NCBI GenBank assembly: GCA_050011875.1
Contig: JBEKIG010000002.1
Coordinates: forward strand, 32,001 to 96,000
Source: Nitrososphaeria archaeon
Lineage (GTDB): Archaea; Thermoproteota; Nitrososphaeria; JACIWG01
Direction: 5' to 3'
Length of the DNA stretch: 64,000 bases
Shown: in pieces, positions 47,634 through 57,339 of the stretch
Layout of the letters: each line of letters begins with the position of its first letter
Numbering within the stretch: the stretch's first letter is position 1
Notes under the pieces: generated by a model
What the model saw: only the letters and a program-made list of their open reading frames with translations
Told to the model about the DNA's origin: nothing
Database searches by the model: none
Position numbers and translations under genes: made by a program

Positions 47634-49142
47634 TTGCTATTAACAATGCATCAAGAACAAACGGTAGATGAGCAGATAAATATTTTCTTTGATCCAAAGT
47701 CAGTGGCTGTAGTAGGCGCTTCACGGAAAGTAAACAAAGCAGGTTATGTGATATTTAAGAACTTTGCTGAGAATAAGAGAACCGGTTTATTCAAAGGAGA
47801 GCTCTATCCGATTAACCCTAACGAAGATACTATTCTAGGGTACAAATGTTACCCGACGTTAACAAAAGTTCCCATTGATGAAATAGAACTTGTCGTAGTA
47901 ATTGTTCCAGCAGCTGTCGTCCCTGAGGTTATGGAGGATGCTTCGCAAAAGAAATCAAAAGCGGCTATAATAATAACAAGCGGTTTTGGTGAAACAGGAA
48001 ATCACGAACTCGAGAACCGCATCAGAGAGATCTGCCTAAAATCTGGGATACGAGTCTTGGGACCTAACTGCCTTGGCGTTTACGATCCTTTAACAGGTAT
48101 AGATACTCTCTTCTTGCCGGAGACAAAGGTTCTTATTTCTGGAGAAGAAGTAATTGCGACACCTCGTCCGATCCCCGGTGAGATCGCTGTAATAACGCAA
48201 AGCGGCGCATTTGGTGCAGCCACCCTAGATTATCTTGCGGGTAGACAGTTGGGGATTAGCAAGTTTGTTAGCTTTGGCAACAGACTAGATTTAGATGAAT
48301 CAGATTTGCTACAGTACTTTTTTAAAGATGAAGCAACAAAAGGCATACTGGTCTATCTTGAGGGAATTAAAGATGGAAAAAAGTTCATGGAAATCTCACA
48401 AAAGGTAACCGAGATTAAACCTGTAGTCGTGCTTAAGACTGGGAGGACCAATGCAGGAGCTAAAGCAGCAATGTCGCACACAGGATCAATGGCCGGAGCA
48501 GACGACATATATAATACTGTTTTTTTGCAAACGGGTATAATTAGAGCAAGCGATATGAATGAATTTTTTGATAATTGCAAGGCCTTGGTGTTCCAGCCCC
48601 CTGCATCTGGCAACAATATAGCTATAATTACAGATGCTGGCGGACCTGGCATAATGGCTGCGGATGAATGCGAGTTTAAGGGACTAAAAATTGGAGAACT
48701 TTCCGGAGAAAGTGTAAAGGCGTTGGAGGAAATGCGCCAAAGAAAAGAAATTCCTGAATACGCAAGCATTTCAAATCCAGTCGACCTAACCGGCTCTGTT
48801 ACAACAGACATGTTCGTTAATGTGACAAAAATAATATTAGAGGACTCTACTCTTAATGGAATCATAATACTCGGACTACATCACGTCCCTGGTCTGCAAG
48901 AAGATTTTATCGATAGAATCGCCAATCTAACAAAATATTACACCAAACCTGTAGTATTTTGCGATATTGGCGAAACCGAAATGGCACTTTATGTTCGCTC
49001 AAAATTTGAAAAATTTGGCATACCAGCTTACGCATCCCCTGAGGATGCGGCTCGAGCTATGGCTTCACTTTATAATTACGGCCTATACCTTTTAAAACAG
49101 AACAAACTTAATGATTTTCTGAATAAATTCATGAAAAAATGA
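47634..49142 (+). CDS. acdA: Acetate-CoA ligase (ADP-forming) alpha subunit
   Basis: VAVVGAS, GPNCLG, QSGAFG, SHTGSMAG, NPVDLTG. Confidence 0.88.
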   Translation: MLLTMHQEQTVDEQINIFFDPKSVAVVGASRKVNKAGYVIFKNFAENKRTGLFKGELYPINPNEDTILGYKCYPTLTKVPIDEIELVVVIVPAAVVPEVMEDASQKKSKAAIIITSGFGETGNHELENRIREICLKSGIRVLGPNCLGVYDPLTGIDTLFLPETKVLISGEEVIATPRPIPGEIAVITQSGAFGAATLDYLAGRQLGISKFVSFGNRLDLDESDLLQYFFKDEATKGILVYLEGIKDGKKFMEISQKVTEIKPVVVLKTGRTNAGAKAAMSHTGSMAGADDIYNTVFLQTGIIRASDMNEFFDNCKALVFQPPASGNNIAIITDAGGPGIMAADECEFKGLKIGELSGESVKALEEMRQRKEIPEYASISNPVDLTGSVTTDMFVNVTKIILEDSTLNGIIILGLHHVPGLQEDFIDRIANLTKYYTKPVVFCDIGETEMALYVRSKFEKFGIPAYASPEDAARAMASLYNYGLYLLKQNKLNDFLNKFMKK

Positions 49143-49499
49143 AGAGTTTTAGATCCCAATAACTAGCATTGACCGAACCAAATGATAACACATATAGCTA
49201 TTTTTGCTACAATTGAATCATAATTACAAAATAGCCAAATATATTAAAGGTAACTGATTTTTTTTCTTATTAGTTAGAAGTTCGGTGTAAATGTGGTGCA
49301 ATTAATTGTTGTTATTAATTACTTTAAAACATTTATTGTACAAGTTTTTGTAATACGTGTATAAGAGTTATTTCAAACTAAGATTATGCTTTTGGATTTT
49401 GCAGTAGTTTTTAATGCGAATAACGCATATTTGAGGGTAAAAAATGGTCAATTTTTTATTCAGAAACGTTTAAAAAACTTGATGATGCAATAAGAAACT

Positions 49500-50243
49500 A
49501 TGACAGAGAAGAAAGAAAAGAAAAAAGACGTAGGTCAAATGACTAATGTTGAAATAATGCAGGAACTTAGAAATTTTGATACTGCCACCATATGTAACGT
49601 TGTTGCTACATATCCGGGAAGTGACATTTGCCTAAAACTATATGACGCATGGTATGGAGAATATTACACTGATCTGAATCTCCATTGCATGTACCCAGAC
49701 CTTGGTCCATTGTGTGGTTATGCTGCGACAGCCTGGTATTCCCAAGAATCAGCTGATTATACTAAACTAGATGAGTGGTTGTTGTATGATCATCTGGACT
49801 TGAGTAATAAACCGATAATTCTAGTTACCAAGCAAACATATCCTCCTGAACTAGTTGATTCGTCAGGCCTTTTCGGGGGAAATATGACTTCCCAGTTTAA
49901 AGCAATGAAAGTAATCGGTATTGTCACAGACGGCCCCATGAGAGATTATGAAGAAATAAAAGAGATGAAAGTACAGTATCTTGCTAAAGGACTTACTTCT
50001 GGACATGGCCCGCTAATGCTGAGAGGAGCCAACATACCGATTAGGGTCGCTGGAATGTCTGTTTCACCAGGCGATATAATTCATATGGATATCTGTGGAG
50101 CAGCAAAGTTCCCTGAAAAATATCTTCAAAAAGTATTAGAGTATGCTATTGAACTCAGAAATAGAGAGGTCAAGCACCAAAGCATGTTCCAAGACCCTAA
50201 CTTTAGTTATAAAAAATGGAAGGAGAGCTCCAAGAAATACTGA
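49500..50243 (+). CDS. RraA family protein (HMG aldolase-like)
   Basis: DTATICN, GIVTDGPMRD, VSPGDIIHMD. Confidence 0.82.
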   Translation: MTEKKEKKKDVGQMTNVEIMQELRNFDTATICNVVATYPGSDICLKLYDAWYGEYYTDLNLHCMYPDLGPLCGYAATAWYSQESADYTKLDEWLLYDHLDLSNKPIILVTKQTYPPELVDSSGLFGGNMTSQFKAMKVIGIVTDGPMRDYEEIKEMKVQYLAKGLTSGHGPLMLRGANIPIRVAGMSVSPGDIIHMDICGAAKFPEKYLQKVLEYAIELRNREVKHQSMFQDPNFSYKKWKESSKKY

Positions 50244-50286
50244 GTATATCTCCCTCTATTTGAAGAAATGATCTTGATACACTGGG

Positions 50287-51255
50287 TTACCGTTCAATTG
50301 AACAGTACATCTTTTCTCCTTTCTTTTTTACTTTAATAAGTGTCTTAACTTGTATACCGAACTTATCTAGAACCTGTTGTTTCCCCTTATAAATTTCCTT
50401 CTCCATTATACATGCGACATCAATTATTTTGACACCCTGTTTTTGGAAAGTATCGATCAAAGAAATTAATGTACCTCCGGTTGATATCGTGTCATCGATT
50501 ATTAGTATTCGGTCGCCTGCTTTAACACTATATATGTAGTATCTTCCTTTCTCATAACCGGAAGAATATTTTACTTTATCTAAGAGGTAGTCGGTTGTGC
50601 CAAAAGGTCTCTTCCTTATGATCGCCATAGGTTTTCCTTTACTTTGAGCTACGAGCGTAGCTATTGGTAAACCTAATACTTCAGGCACCACCACCTTATC
50701 AATTTCGTCTGAAGTTCTATCATTTATTTCGCTTGCTATCCAGGACAGTGTTCTAGGACTTGGGGGAGGCACGTGTTTTGTAATCCTATTTAATATGAAC
50801 TCGTATACCTTCCTCGAACCGTCTTTCACCCAACGCCTTCTAATTATTTTTGCATTTTCATAATACGAGGTTATTTCAGAGACTATTTCTTCATCATATT
50901 TCTTTTTCAGCGTTTGCGATTGTCTTATTTCTCTGAAGAAACATGTAACATTTCCTGTGTGACAGGTCGGTCCATATGGGTCGACCATATAAAGTATGGT
51001 ATCATTGTCGCAGTCTACTCTGATCTGTACAACTTTAAGAAGATTTCCGGATGTTTCACCTTTCATCCATAACTTTTTCCTTGATCTACTCCAGAAATAG
51101 CCGAATCCCGTCTCTAAAGTTCTGTTTACAGCCTCTTTGTTGGCATAGGCGATCATAAGGACCTTGTTTGTTATAAAATCTTGCACGACAACAGGAACGA
51201 GACCGTTTTCCCCAAATTCTATGTCCTCTTTTTCAACTGCTCCGTATGTTTTCAT
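50287..51255 (-). CDS. hisI: Phosphoribosyl-AMP cyclohydrolase fused to a type I phosphoribosyltransferase domain
   Basis: WSRSR..LWMKGETSG, DCDND, CHTGNVTCF; then IRKR, IIDDTISTGGT; ATG overlaps hisF stop. Confidence 0.88.
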   Translation of the reverse strand: MKTYGAVEKEDIEFGENGLVPVVVQDFITNKVLMIAYANKEAVNRTLETGFGYFWSRSRKKLWMKGETSGNLLKVVQIRVDCDNDTILYMVDPYGPTCHTGNVTCFFREIRQSQTLKKKYDEEIVSEITSYYENAKIIRRRWVKDGSRKVYEFILNRITKHVPPPSPRTLSWIASEINDRTSDEIDKVVVPEVLGLPIATLVAQSKGKPMAIIRKRPFGTTDYLLDKVKYSSGYEKGRYYIYSVKAGDRILIIDDTISTGGTLISLIDTFQKQGVKIIDVACIMEKEIYKGKQQVLDKFGIQVKTLIKVKKKGEKMYCSIER

Positions 51256-52022
51256 GTAATCCTTACACACACTCCTCTGTCGGCAAGATATTTTTTCACA
51301 GCTTGCACGGGATACTCGTTAAAATGGAATATTGACGCGGCCAGCACAGCGTCAGCCTTCCCTATAGTAACCGCTTCATATAGATGCTGTGGGTTTCCTC
51401 CACCTCCACTCGCTATGACCGGGATGTTAACGTTTGAAGATACAAGTGAAGTTAATTCAAGGTCGTATCCGATCTTTGAGCCATCCCTATCTATCGATGT
51501 TAGAAGGATCTCCCCTGCCCCAAGCTTTTCCACATTCACAGCCCAATCCCTCACATCAATTCCCCTCGCTTTGCGGGCACCGTGAGTATAAACCTCAAAG
51601 CCCGAATGCACGCTTTTCGAGCGTTTCCCATCTATAGCTACAACCACACACTGGCTGCCATATTTGTTAGCGAGCTCGGTTATTATGGTGGGTTTTTCGA
51701 CAGCCATAGTATTTATTGACACTTTATCGGCTCCATTCCTCAAAATTGAATATGCATCATCCATGCTTCTTATCCCACCTCCGACAGTAAACGGAATATC
51801 TAGAACTTCTGCAACGCTCTTGACAACGCTTAGTAAAGTTTTTCTTGTTTCGATTGTTGCTGTTATATCTAAAAAGACTATCTCATCAGCGTTGTCATTT
51901 CTGTACTTAAGTGCCATTTCAACAGGGTCGCCCGCTACTTTCAAGTCGACAAAGCTTTTTCCTTTCATTACCTTACCGTTGTCGACATCTAGGCACGGAA
52001 TTATCCTTTTAGCTACACTCGT
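51252..52022 (-). CDS. hisF: Imidazole glycerol phosphate synthase cyclase subunit (apparent ACG start)
   Basis: AKRIIPCLDV upstream of ORF-track Met, FLDITA, VGGGI, SIDRDG, AASIFH. Confidence 0.93.
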   Translation of the reverse strand, partial: TSVAKRIIPCLDVDNGKVMKGKSFVDLKVAGDPVEMALKYRNDNADEIVFLDITATIETRKTLLSVVKSVAEVLDIPFTVGGGIRSMDDAYSILRNGADKVSINTMAVEKPTIITELANKYGSQCVVVAIDGKRSKSVHSGFEVYTHGARKARGIDVRDWAVNVEKLGAGEILLTSIDRDGSKIGYDLELTSLVSSNVNIPVIASGGGGNPQHLYEAVTIGKADAVLAASIFHFNEYPVQAVKKYLADRGVCVRIT

Positions 52023-52728
52023 TTCTGGTCACCTTTAAAGCGTCAGAGATGTCAATTAATCTATCGTATATTACTCGGCCGAGGATTACCCCCCTGATTT
52101 TATAATTTTTCAAGACTCTGATATCGTTTAATGAAGAGATTCCGCCTGCAACATAAATTTGTTCAGAGAAATCATGTAACAGGTCCAAGTATGAAGTATC
52201 AAGGCCTGTTAGTGTACCATCCCTTTGAACGTTTGTTGAAAGAAATAACCTGAAACCTTGATTCCAAAGACCTTGGATTGTGGGTTGAAGCTCAAGGGCT
52301 AATTTTTTTTTCCAGCCATTTATGACAATCTTTCCCTGTGAATGATCTATGGCAACAATTATTTTTTCTGCACCAAATTTTAACAACTCTGCGTGATCAA
52401 TTTGACCTGTAAATATCCCAGTTCCGATAATAGCTCTGCAAGATCCTATTTCAAATATCTTTTCTACGTCCCGTATGCTATGTAGTCCGCCTCCCACCTG
52501 AATTTTTATATTAGATTTCTGAATAATTTTCCTAATTACTTCAGAGTTACTTCCTATTCCTAAAGCTGCATCAAGGTCTATAATGTGTAGGCCGTCGACC
52601 TTCATTTTCTCCCAATTTTCAGCGGTTTTAACTGGGTTATCGCTGTAAACTATCATTTTCTCTTGTTCACCTTTTACTAACCTTACAACCTTTCCTTTCA
52701 TTAGGTCAACTGATGGCCATACTTCCAA
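52009..52728 (-). CDS. hisA: ProFAR isomerase
   Basis: PSVDLMKGKVVRL, IDLDAA, VGGG, RDGTL. Confidence 0.92.
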   Translation of the reverse strand: MEVWPSVDLMKGKVVRLVKGEQEKMIVYSDNPVKTAENWEKMKVDGLHIIDLDAALGIGSNSEVIRKIIQKSNIKIQVGGGLHSIRDVEKIFEIGSCRAIIGTGIFTGQIDHAELLKFGAEKIIVAIDHSQGKIVINGWKKKLALELQPTIQGLWNQGFRLFLSTNVQRDGTLTGLDTSYLDLLHDFSEQIYVAGGISSLNDIRVLKNYKIRGVILGRVIYDRLIDISDALKVTRNECS

Positions 52729-52732
52729 TTTC

Positions 52733-53335
52733 TCATCTCTTTACGTACTTAATAAAATTCTCCAATATTTTTTTTCCTACATCTCCCGACTTTTCAGGAT
52801 GAAATTGTGTTCCAAACAAGTTTTTCTTTTCGACAACTGAAGTGAATTTTGAGCCATAGAATGTCATACCTGTCTTAATAGAATCGTCTTTTGGTTCAGG
52901 ATAATACGAGTGAGCAAAGTAAACCCACCTCGGTTCATATATATGATTGAGTAAAATGCTGTCCTTATTTAATTTAACTGAGTTCCATCCCATATGCGGT
53001 ATTTTTACACCATTGCTAAATCTAATTACTTCACCTTCGAATATGCCTAACCCATCACCCGGTCCCTCTTCACTTCGTTCAAACATGAGCTGAAGCCCAA
53101 GACATATTCCAAGCAGGGGGACACCTTCTTCGATCGCTTCTATGATCTTGTTTTTGACTTTCTCCATGGTTTCGCAGGCTGATGAAAAACTTCCGACACC
53201 TGGAAGAATGATCGCGGAATATTTCCTTAAGTCATAATTTTTTGGAATGACATCAACATCGACGTTGAGTCTTCTAAGTGAAGATAGAAGACTAAACATG
53301 TTGCTTGCTCCATAATCTATTACAGCAAATTTCAT
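52733..53335 (-). CDS. hisH: IGP synthase glutaminase subunit
   Basis: LPGVG, GICLG, PHMGWN, QFHPEKS. Confidence 0.95.
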   Translation of the reverse strand: MKFAVIDYGASNMFSLLSSLRRLNVDVDVIPKNYDLRKYSAIILPGVGSFSSACETMEKVKNKIIEAIEEGVPLLGICLGLQLMFERSEEGPGDGLGIFEGEVIRFSNGVKIPHMGWNSVKLNKDSILLNHIYEPRWVYFAHSYYPEPKDDSIKTGMTFYGSKFTSVVEKKNLFGTQFHPEKSGDVGKKILENFIKYVKR

Positions 53336-53911
53336 CTACATCTTGCCTTTGGAGCTAGGAATACCTTTCCGTTTCCGATCTACTTCCCATGCTTCGCTTA
53401 AAGATAGGGCAAGACCTTTGAATACCGCCTCGACCTTGTGATGATTGTTTGTGCCTCTCAGAACATTTACGTGCAATGTAAATTTTAGCGAATTCGCTAG
53501 AGTCTCAATAAAATGCGGTATGTCTTCTGAAGCCATATCTTCTATTTGTCCGCTCCATAAATCAAGTTCTATATCTGAGAATTGGCGCGTGACTAAATCG
53601 ATGCTCACGAGTGCCAAAGCATCGTCCATTGGAACTATTGAATACCCAAACCTCTTAATACCATTCCTGTCGCCAAGCGCTTGTCTTAACGCTTCCCCTA
53701 ACGTTATCGCGACATCCTCAACTATGTGATGACTTAGATCACCTTTTGCTTTAATTTCGAGGTCAATATAGCTGTGAACAGCAAGCTCACAAAGAAGGTG
53801 GTCTAAAAATCTTATACTGGTGTCTATGTTGGTTTTACCATCCCCATCTATGTTCAACTTTATCTTGATTTCAGTTTCTTTGGTTTTTCTCTCAACAGTT
53901 GAAGTTCTCAT
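53336..53911 (-). CDS. hisB: Imidazoleglycerol-phosphate dehydratase
   Basis: RKTKET, HHIVED, PMDD, NNHHKVEA. Confidence 0.95.
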   Translation of the reverse strand: MRTSTVERKTKETEIKIKLNIDGDGKTNIDTSIRFLDHLLCELAVHSYIDLEIKAKGDLSHHIVEDVAITLGEALRQALGDRNGIKRFGYSIVPMDDALALVSIDLVTRQFSDIELDLWSGQIEDMASEDIPHFIETLANSLKFTLHVNVLRGTNNHHKVEAVFKGLALSLSEAWEVDRKRKGIPSSKGKM

Positions 53912-53912
53912 G

Positions 53913-55010
53913 TTATGTCACCGTAAATCCCCTTGTATATAACGTTGCGAGGTCATCGACTGACTTCACAATCAAATCTGCGCCTTGCTCTATAAAGAAT
54001 TTTTCGACAGCCAAAGGATCTTCCTTGAGTCCTGTTATACCTGCAAACATAATTTGAGTTAAACTTTTTTTTGCGTTATTAGCCATTAGAACATCCTCAG
54101 ATGAGTCACCGACATATAATGTAACAGAATTTCCAGCTAAATTTAGAAGCGGTAAAGGAGAAGGTTTTTTCATCGGAATTGCCTTTTTGTTGTCTCGTCT
54201 GACAACATCCTCTATAAAGATTGAAGAATCAAGGTCAAAATATTCTATGAGAGATCCTAAAACATGTTCTACGCCAATTCTTGAACGCCCTGTAAGCATA
54301 AAAAAAGGTAAACCGATATCTGTTCCAAGCTTTTTAAATGATTTTTCGTTTACCGCCGCTCTCTCATTTCCAATTAGTCCTTCCCTAGTCAATATAGGTC
54401 TTGAGCCATAGATCTTCTTATAAATTTTGTTACCATAGTATATCGAATCGAAAAGTTTAACGAGTGAACTCTTTGAAGGATTTAATGGTACACCGAGTTC
54501 TTCTATTAATTGCTGGAATTCATCCAAAGTTCCTTTTTTATTACATGTCGATATTGCGTATTTGTCTACATCAGAGATCGGATCAGTTTTAAGAGAGCTG
54601 AGGAAAGTCTTAAATTGTAACTGCAATGACTTCTCGTTTATTTCTTCGCTCGCCTGATTAAACCCGCCACATTTCAACCAAAATAGGATTGCTTTTGCCG
54701 ATTCCCTTGACAGCTGTGAAAAAATGAAGACTGTCAAGGCGTATACAGCATCCCACTCGTTGTTATAGAGCCCGCTTTCCCTCAATTTTTCAATCTGCGT
54801 TCGATCTATAGGTGATTTTTTCCTCAGGGGCCTAAAAATGTAGTTGAGAACTTCAATTATCGTGGAGTCATACGAATTTCTTGAATCAACGAGAACGCCA
54901 TCGCAATCAAATACTAGGTGATTAGCTGAATTTAGTTTACCCAAGCTCCTGTTAAGCAACAATGCTCTCCCCTTGCTCAGTCTGATTTCTAAATAGTTAT
55001 TGACTGACAA
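53913..55010 (-). CDS. HAD hydrolase, candidate histidinol-phosphate phosphatase
   Basis: FDCDGVL, TGR, KPSP, VGDSSED; lies between hisC and hisB. Confidence 0.75.
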   Translation of the reverse strand: MSVNNYLEIRLSKGRALLLNRSLGKLNSANHLVFDCDGVLVDSRNSYDSTIIEVLNYIFRPLRKKSPIDRTQIEKLRESGLYNNEWDAVYALTVFIFSQLSRESAKAILFWLKCGGFNQASEEINEKSLQLQFKTFLSSLKTDPISDVDKYAISTCNKKGTLDEFQQLIEELGVPLNPSKSSLVKLFDSIYYGNKIYKKIYGSRPILTREGLIGNERAAVNEKSFKKLGTDIGLPFFMLTGRSRIGVEHVLGSLIEYFDLDSSIFIEDVVRRDNKKAIPMKKPSPLPLLNLAGNSVTLYVGDSSEDVLMANNAKKSLTQIMFAGITGLKEDPLAVEKFFIEQGADLIVKSVDDLATLYTRGFTVT

Positions 55011-56064
55011 TCTTCTTCACTAGTTTGAAAAAAGTTTGGTTCATTTCACCTGTTCCGACTGTAACTCTAAAATAGTGTTCGCCGAATATCTTCCCAATGT
55101 TCCTAATCATTACGCCCTTATCGTACAATTGATTATAGAATTTGTCAGGGTCAATAGGAGAGCGGAAAAGTATAAAGTTCGCCTCTGATTTGTAGGCTTC
55201 AACCCCCACCGATTTAAGGTCGTTATAGAGTTTTTCCCTTTCAACCTTAAGTCTATCGACCGCATCTTCTATGATCTTTCTGTTTTGAAGAAGCTTGATG
55301 GCGATTCTAGCAGAGAAGTTTACGATGGGGTATGTTAACTGAGCAACAGTTGAGATCGGCTTCGATATTTTGGGGTTAGCTATCATGTAACCTATTCTCA
55401 ATCCAGCTAAGCCATACGACTTCGAGAAAGTTCTCAATACAATAAGATTTTTATATTCATTAATCAAAGAATAAACGGAGTATTTTGCGAAATCAACGTA
55501 TGCTTCATCGACGACTACGAGACCGTCAAGTCTGTTAACCACTTCTCTTACAATCTCTATGGGAAACTGATTGCCTGTTGGATTATTTGGTGAACAAAGT
55601 ATGACTAATGTGGCCCCCTGTCCTTCTTGAACAAATTTATCGAGGTCCAAAGAGAAATCTGGTTTAAGTGGCACAGCTACATATTCACCTCCATTAAAAA
55701 TTGTCCTATAGCGATAAACTGGAAAGGTGGGGAAGATTGAGACAATTTTTTGTTCCGGGGCAAAAATGTTAAGCAGTATGTCGATGAGCTGATCTTCTCC
55801 AGAACCCACAGTAATACTGTCTTCACCCAAATTTAGAAACCTTGAGAGAACCTTAATTAATTCAACGTTTTCTATATTTGGGTAGAGCCTTAAATCAACT
55901 TCATTAAGCACTTCTTCAGCTAATCTTCTTAGAAGATCTCTGTCCATAAGAAAATTCTCGTTAGCATTAAGCCTTAGAATTACATTTTCCACGTCTTCCA
56001 TGGGATAGAATTCGTACTTGTTCAAGTTTTCGAGCCTATCAGCTACTACCCTGTTAAGCATCAT
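54997..56064 (-). CDS. hisC: Histidinol-phosphate aminotransferase
   Basis: NANEN, PNNPTG, DEAY, RTFSKSYGLAGLR. Confidence 0.95.
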   Translation of the reverse strand: MMLNRVVADRLENLNKYEFYPMEDVENVILRLNANENFLMDRDLLRRLAEEVLNEVDLRLYPNIENVELIKVLSRFLNLGEDSITVGSGEDQLIDILLNIFAPEQKIVSIFPTFPVYRYRTIFNGGEYVAVPLKPDFSLDLDKFVQEGQGATLVILCSPNNPTGNQFPIEIVREVVNRLDGLVVVDEAYVDFAKYSVYSLINEYKNLIVLRTFSKSYGLAGLRIGYMIANPKISKPISTVAQLTYPIVNFSARIAIKLLQNRKIIEDAVDRLKVEREKLYNDLKSVGVEAYKSEANFILFRSPIDPDKFYNQLYDKGVMIRNIGKIFGEHYFRVTVGTGEMNQTFFKLVKKIVSQ

Positions 56065-57338
56065 TTTCTTCCCACTAAATATTCTATTGACTTCAAATGG
56101 TTAGTTAGTCCTTCTGAGGAAGCTAACGTCTTGATCGTTGGTAACGATTTAACGATCCCAGACTTCGACGCTATGACCACTCTAACCAACTTAATATAGT
56201 CTAACACGTTTAATCCGCCTCGATTTAACGCGTAACAGTCAGTTGGAAGAACATGATTTACTCCTACGAAATAGTCCGTCACAACACTCGACGAATTAAC
56301 TATGATCACTCCGGCATTTCCAATTTTGTCTACGATTCGATTAAAATCTTTTGAAATTACTTCAAAGTGTTCAGGGGCAAAACCGTTAACGAAATCAACT
56401 ACGGTATCTACGCCATCAGCAACGATAACAAATCCCTTGCCTTCGAGAGCTGCTGTGACTATTTCTTTACGGTCCACGGTCCCAATTATCTTTGATACCT
56501 CACTCACTACTTTTTCAGCCAGCTCTTGGGAACAGGTTATGAGCCCGCAAACAGAGTCTGTTCCATGTTCCGCTTGAGATATTAAATCTAGAGCGATAGA
56601 CTTAGCATCGGCTCCACTATCTGCATAGATTATTATTTCTGTAGGCCCAGCTGGCATGTCTACTTGAACGTCTCTTGTAACTATTGTTTTAGCTTTTGTA
56701 ACATAAGCATTACCGGGACCAACTATCTTATCAACTGGCGCTATTGTCTCTGTGCCGTATGCAAGGGCTGCGATAGCCTGCGCACCTCCGATCCGGTAAA
56801 CTTCTGAAGCACCCGCGATATCGGAGGCAACAAGCATCAATGGAGTGAGTTTATTTGGCGGTGTTGCAACAACTGTTCTTTCTACACCGGCTACTTTGGC
56901 CGGAACCACGGTCATCAATAGTGTACTTGGATACGATGCCTTCCCACCGGGGATATAGCATCCCACACTACGGATAGGTCTTGTTGTCTGACGAATAATG
57001 AAACCATTAGCTTTAAGTGTTATGTTCAGTCTATCCTTTGTTTTTTTTTCTAATTTCTGAATGTTCTTTTTTAAGGTATATAGCGCTCGAACCTCTTTTT
57101 CATTTACCTTTCTATAAGCCTGTTGTATTTCTTCCTGAGTAATTCGAAGCAAATTTTGCCTTAAAGATATGCCATCAAATTGCCTTGTGTATTCTATCAG
57201 AGCATTATCACCCCTTTTTCTAACATCGTCCACTATTTCCACAACCTTTTTGTCAAGTTCAATATCCAAATCAGATTTCTTTCTTACTTCATTTAGTACA
57301 TGATCTATATCGTTCTTAGCTAGTTTGAAGAATTTCAT
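56061..57338 (-). CDS. hisD: Histidinol dehydrogenase
   Basis: YIPGG, GGAQAIAA, AGPTE, QAEH, APEH, NHVLPT; start trimmed to the ATG after hisG stop. Confidence 0.95.
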   Translation of the reverse strand: MKFFKLAKNDIDHVLNEVRKKSDLDIELDKKVVEIVDDVRKRGDNALIEYTRQFDGISLRQNLLRITQEEIQQAYRKVNEKEVRALYTLKKNIQKLEKKTKDRLNITLKANGFIIRQTTRPIRSVGCYIPGGKASYPSTLLMTVVPAKVAGVERTVVATPPNKLTPLMLVASDIAGASEVYRIGGAQAIAALAYGTETIAPVDKIVGPGNAYVTKAKTIVTRDVQVDMPAGPTEIIIYADSGADAKSIALDLISQAEHGTDSVCGLITCSQELAEKVVSEVSKIIGTVDRKEIVTAALEGKGFVIVADGVDTVVDFVNGFAPEHFEVISKDFNRIVDKIGNAGVIIVNSSSVVTDYFVGVNHVLPTDCYALNRGGLNVLDYIKLVRVVIASKSGIVKSLPTIKTLASSEGLTNHLKSIEYLVGRK

Positions 57339-57339
57339 G

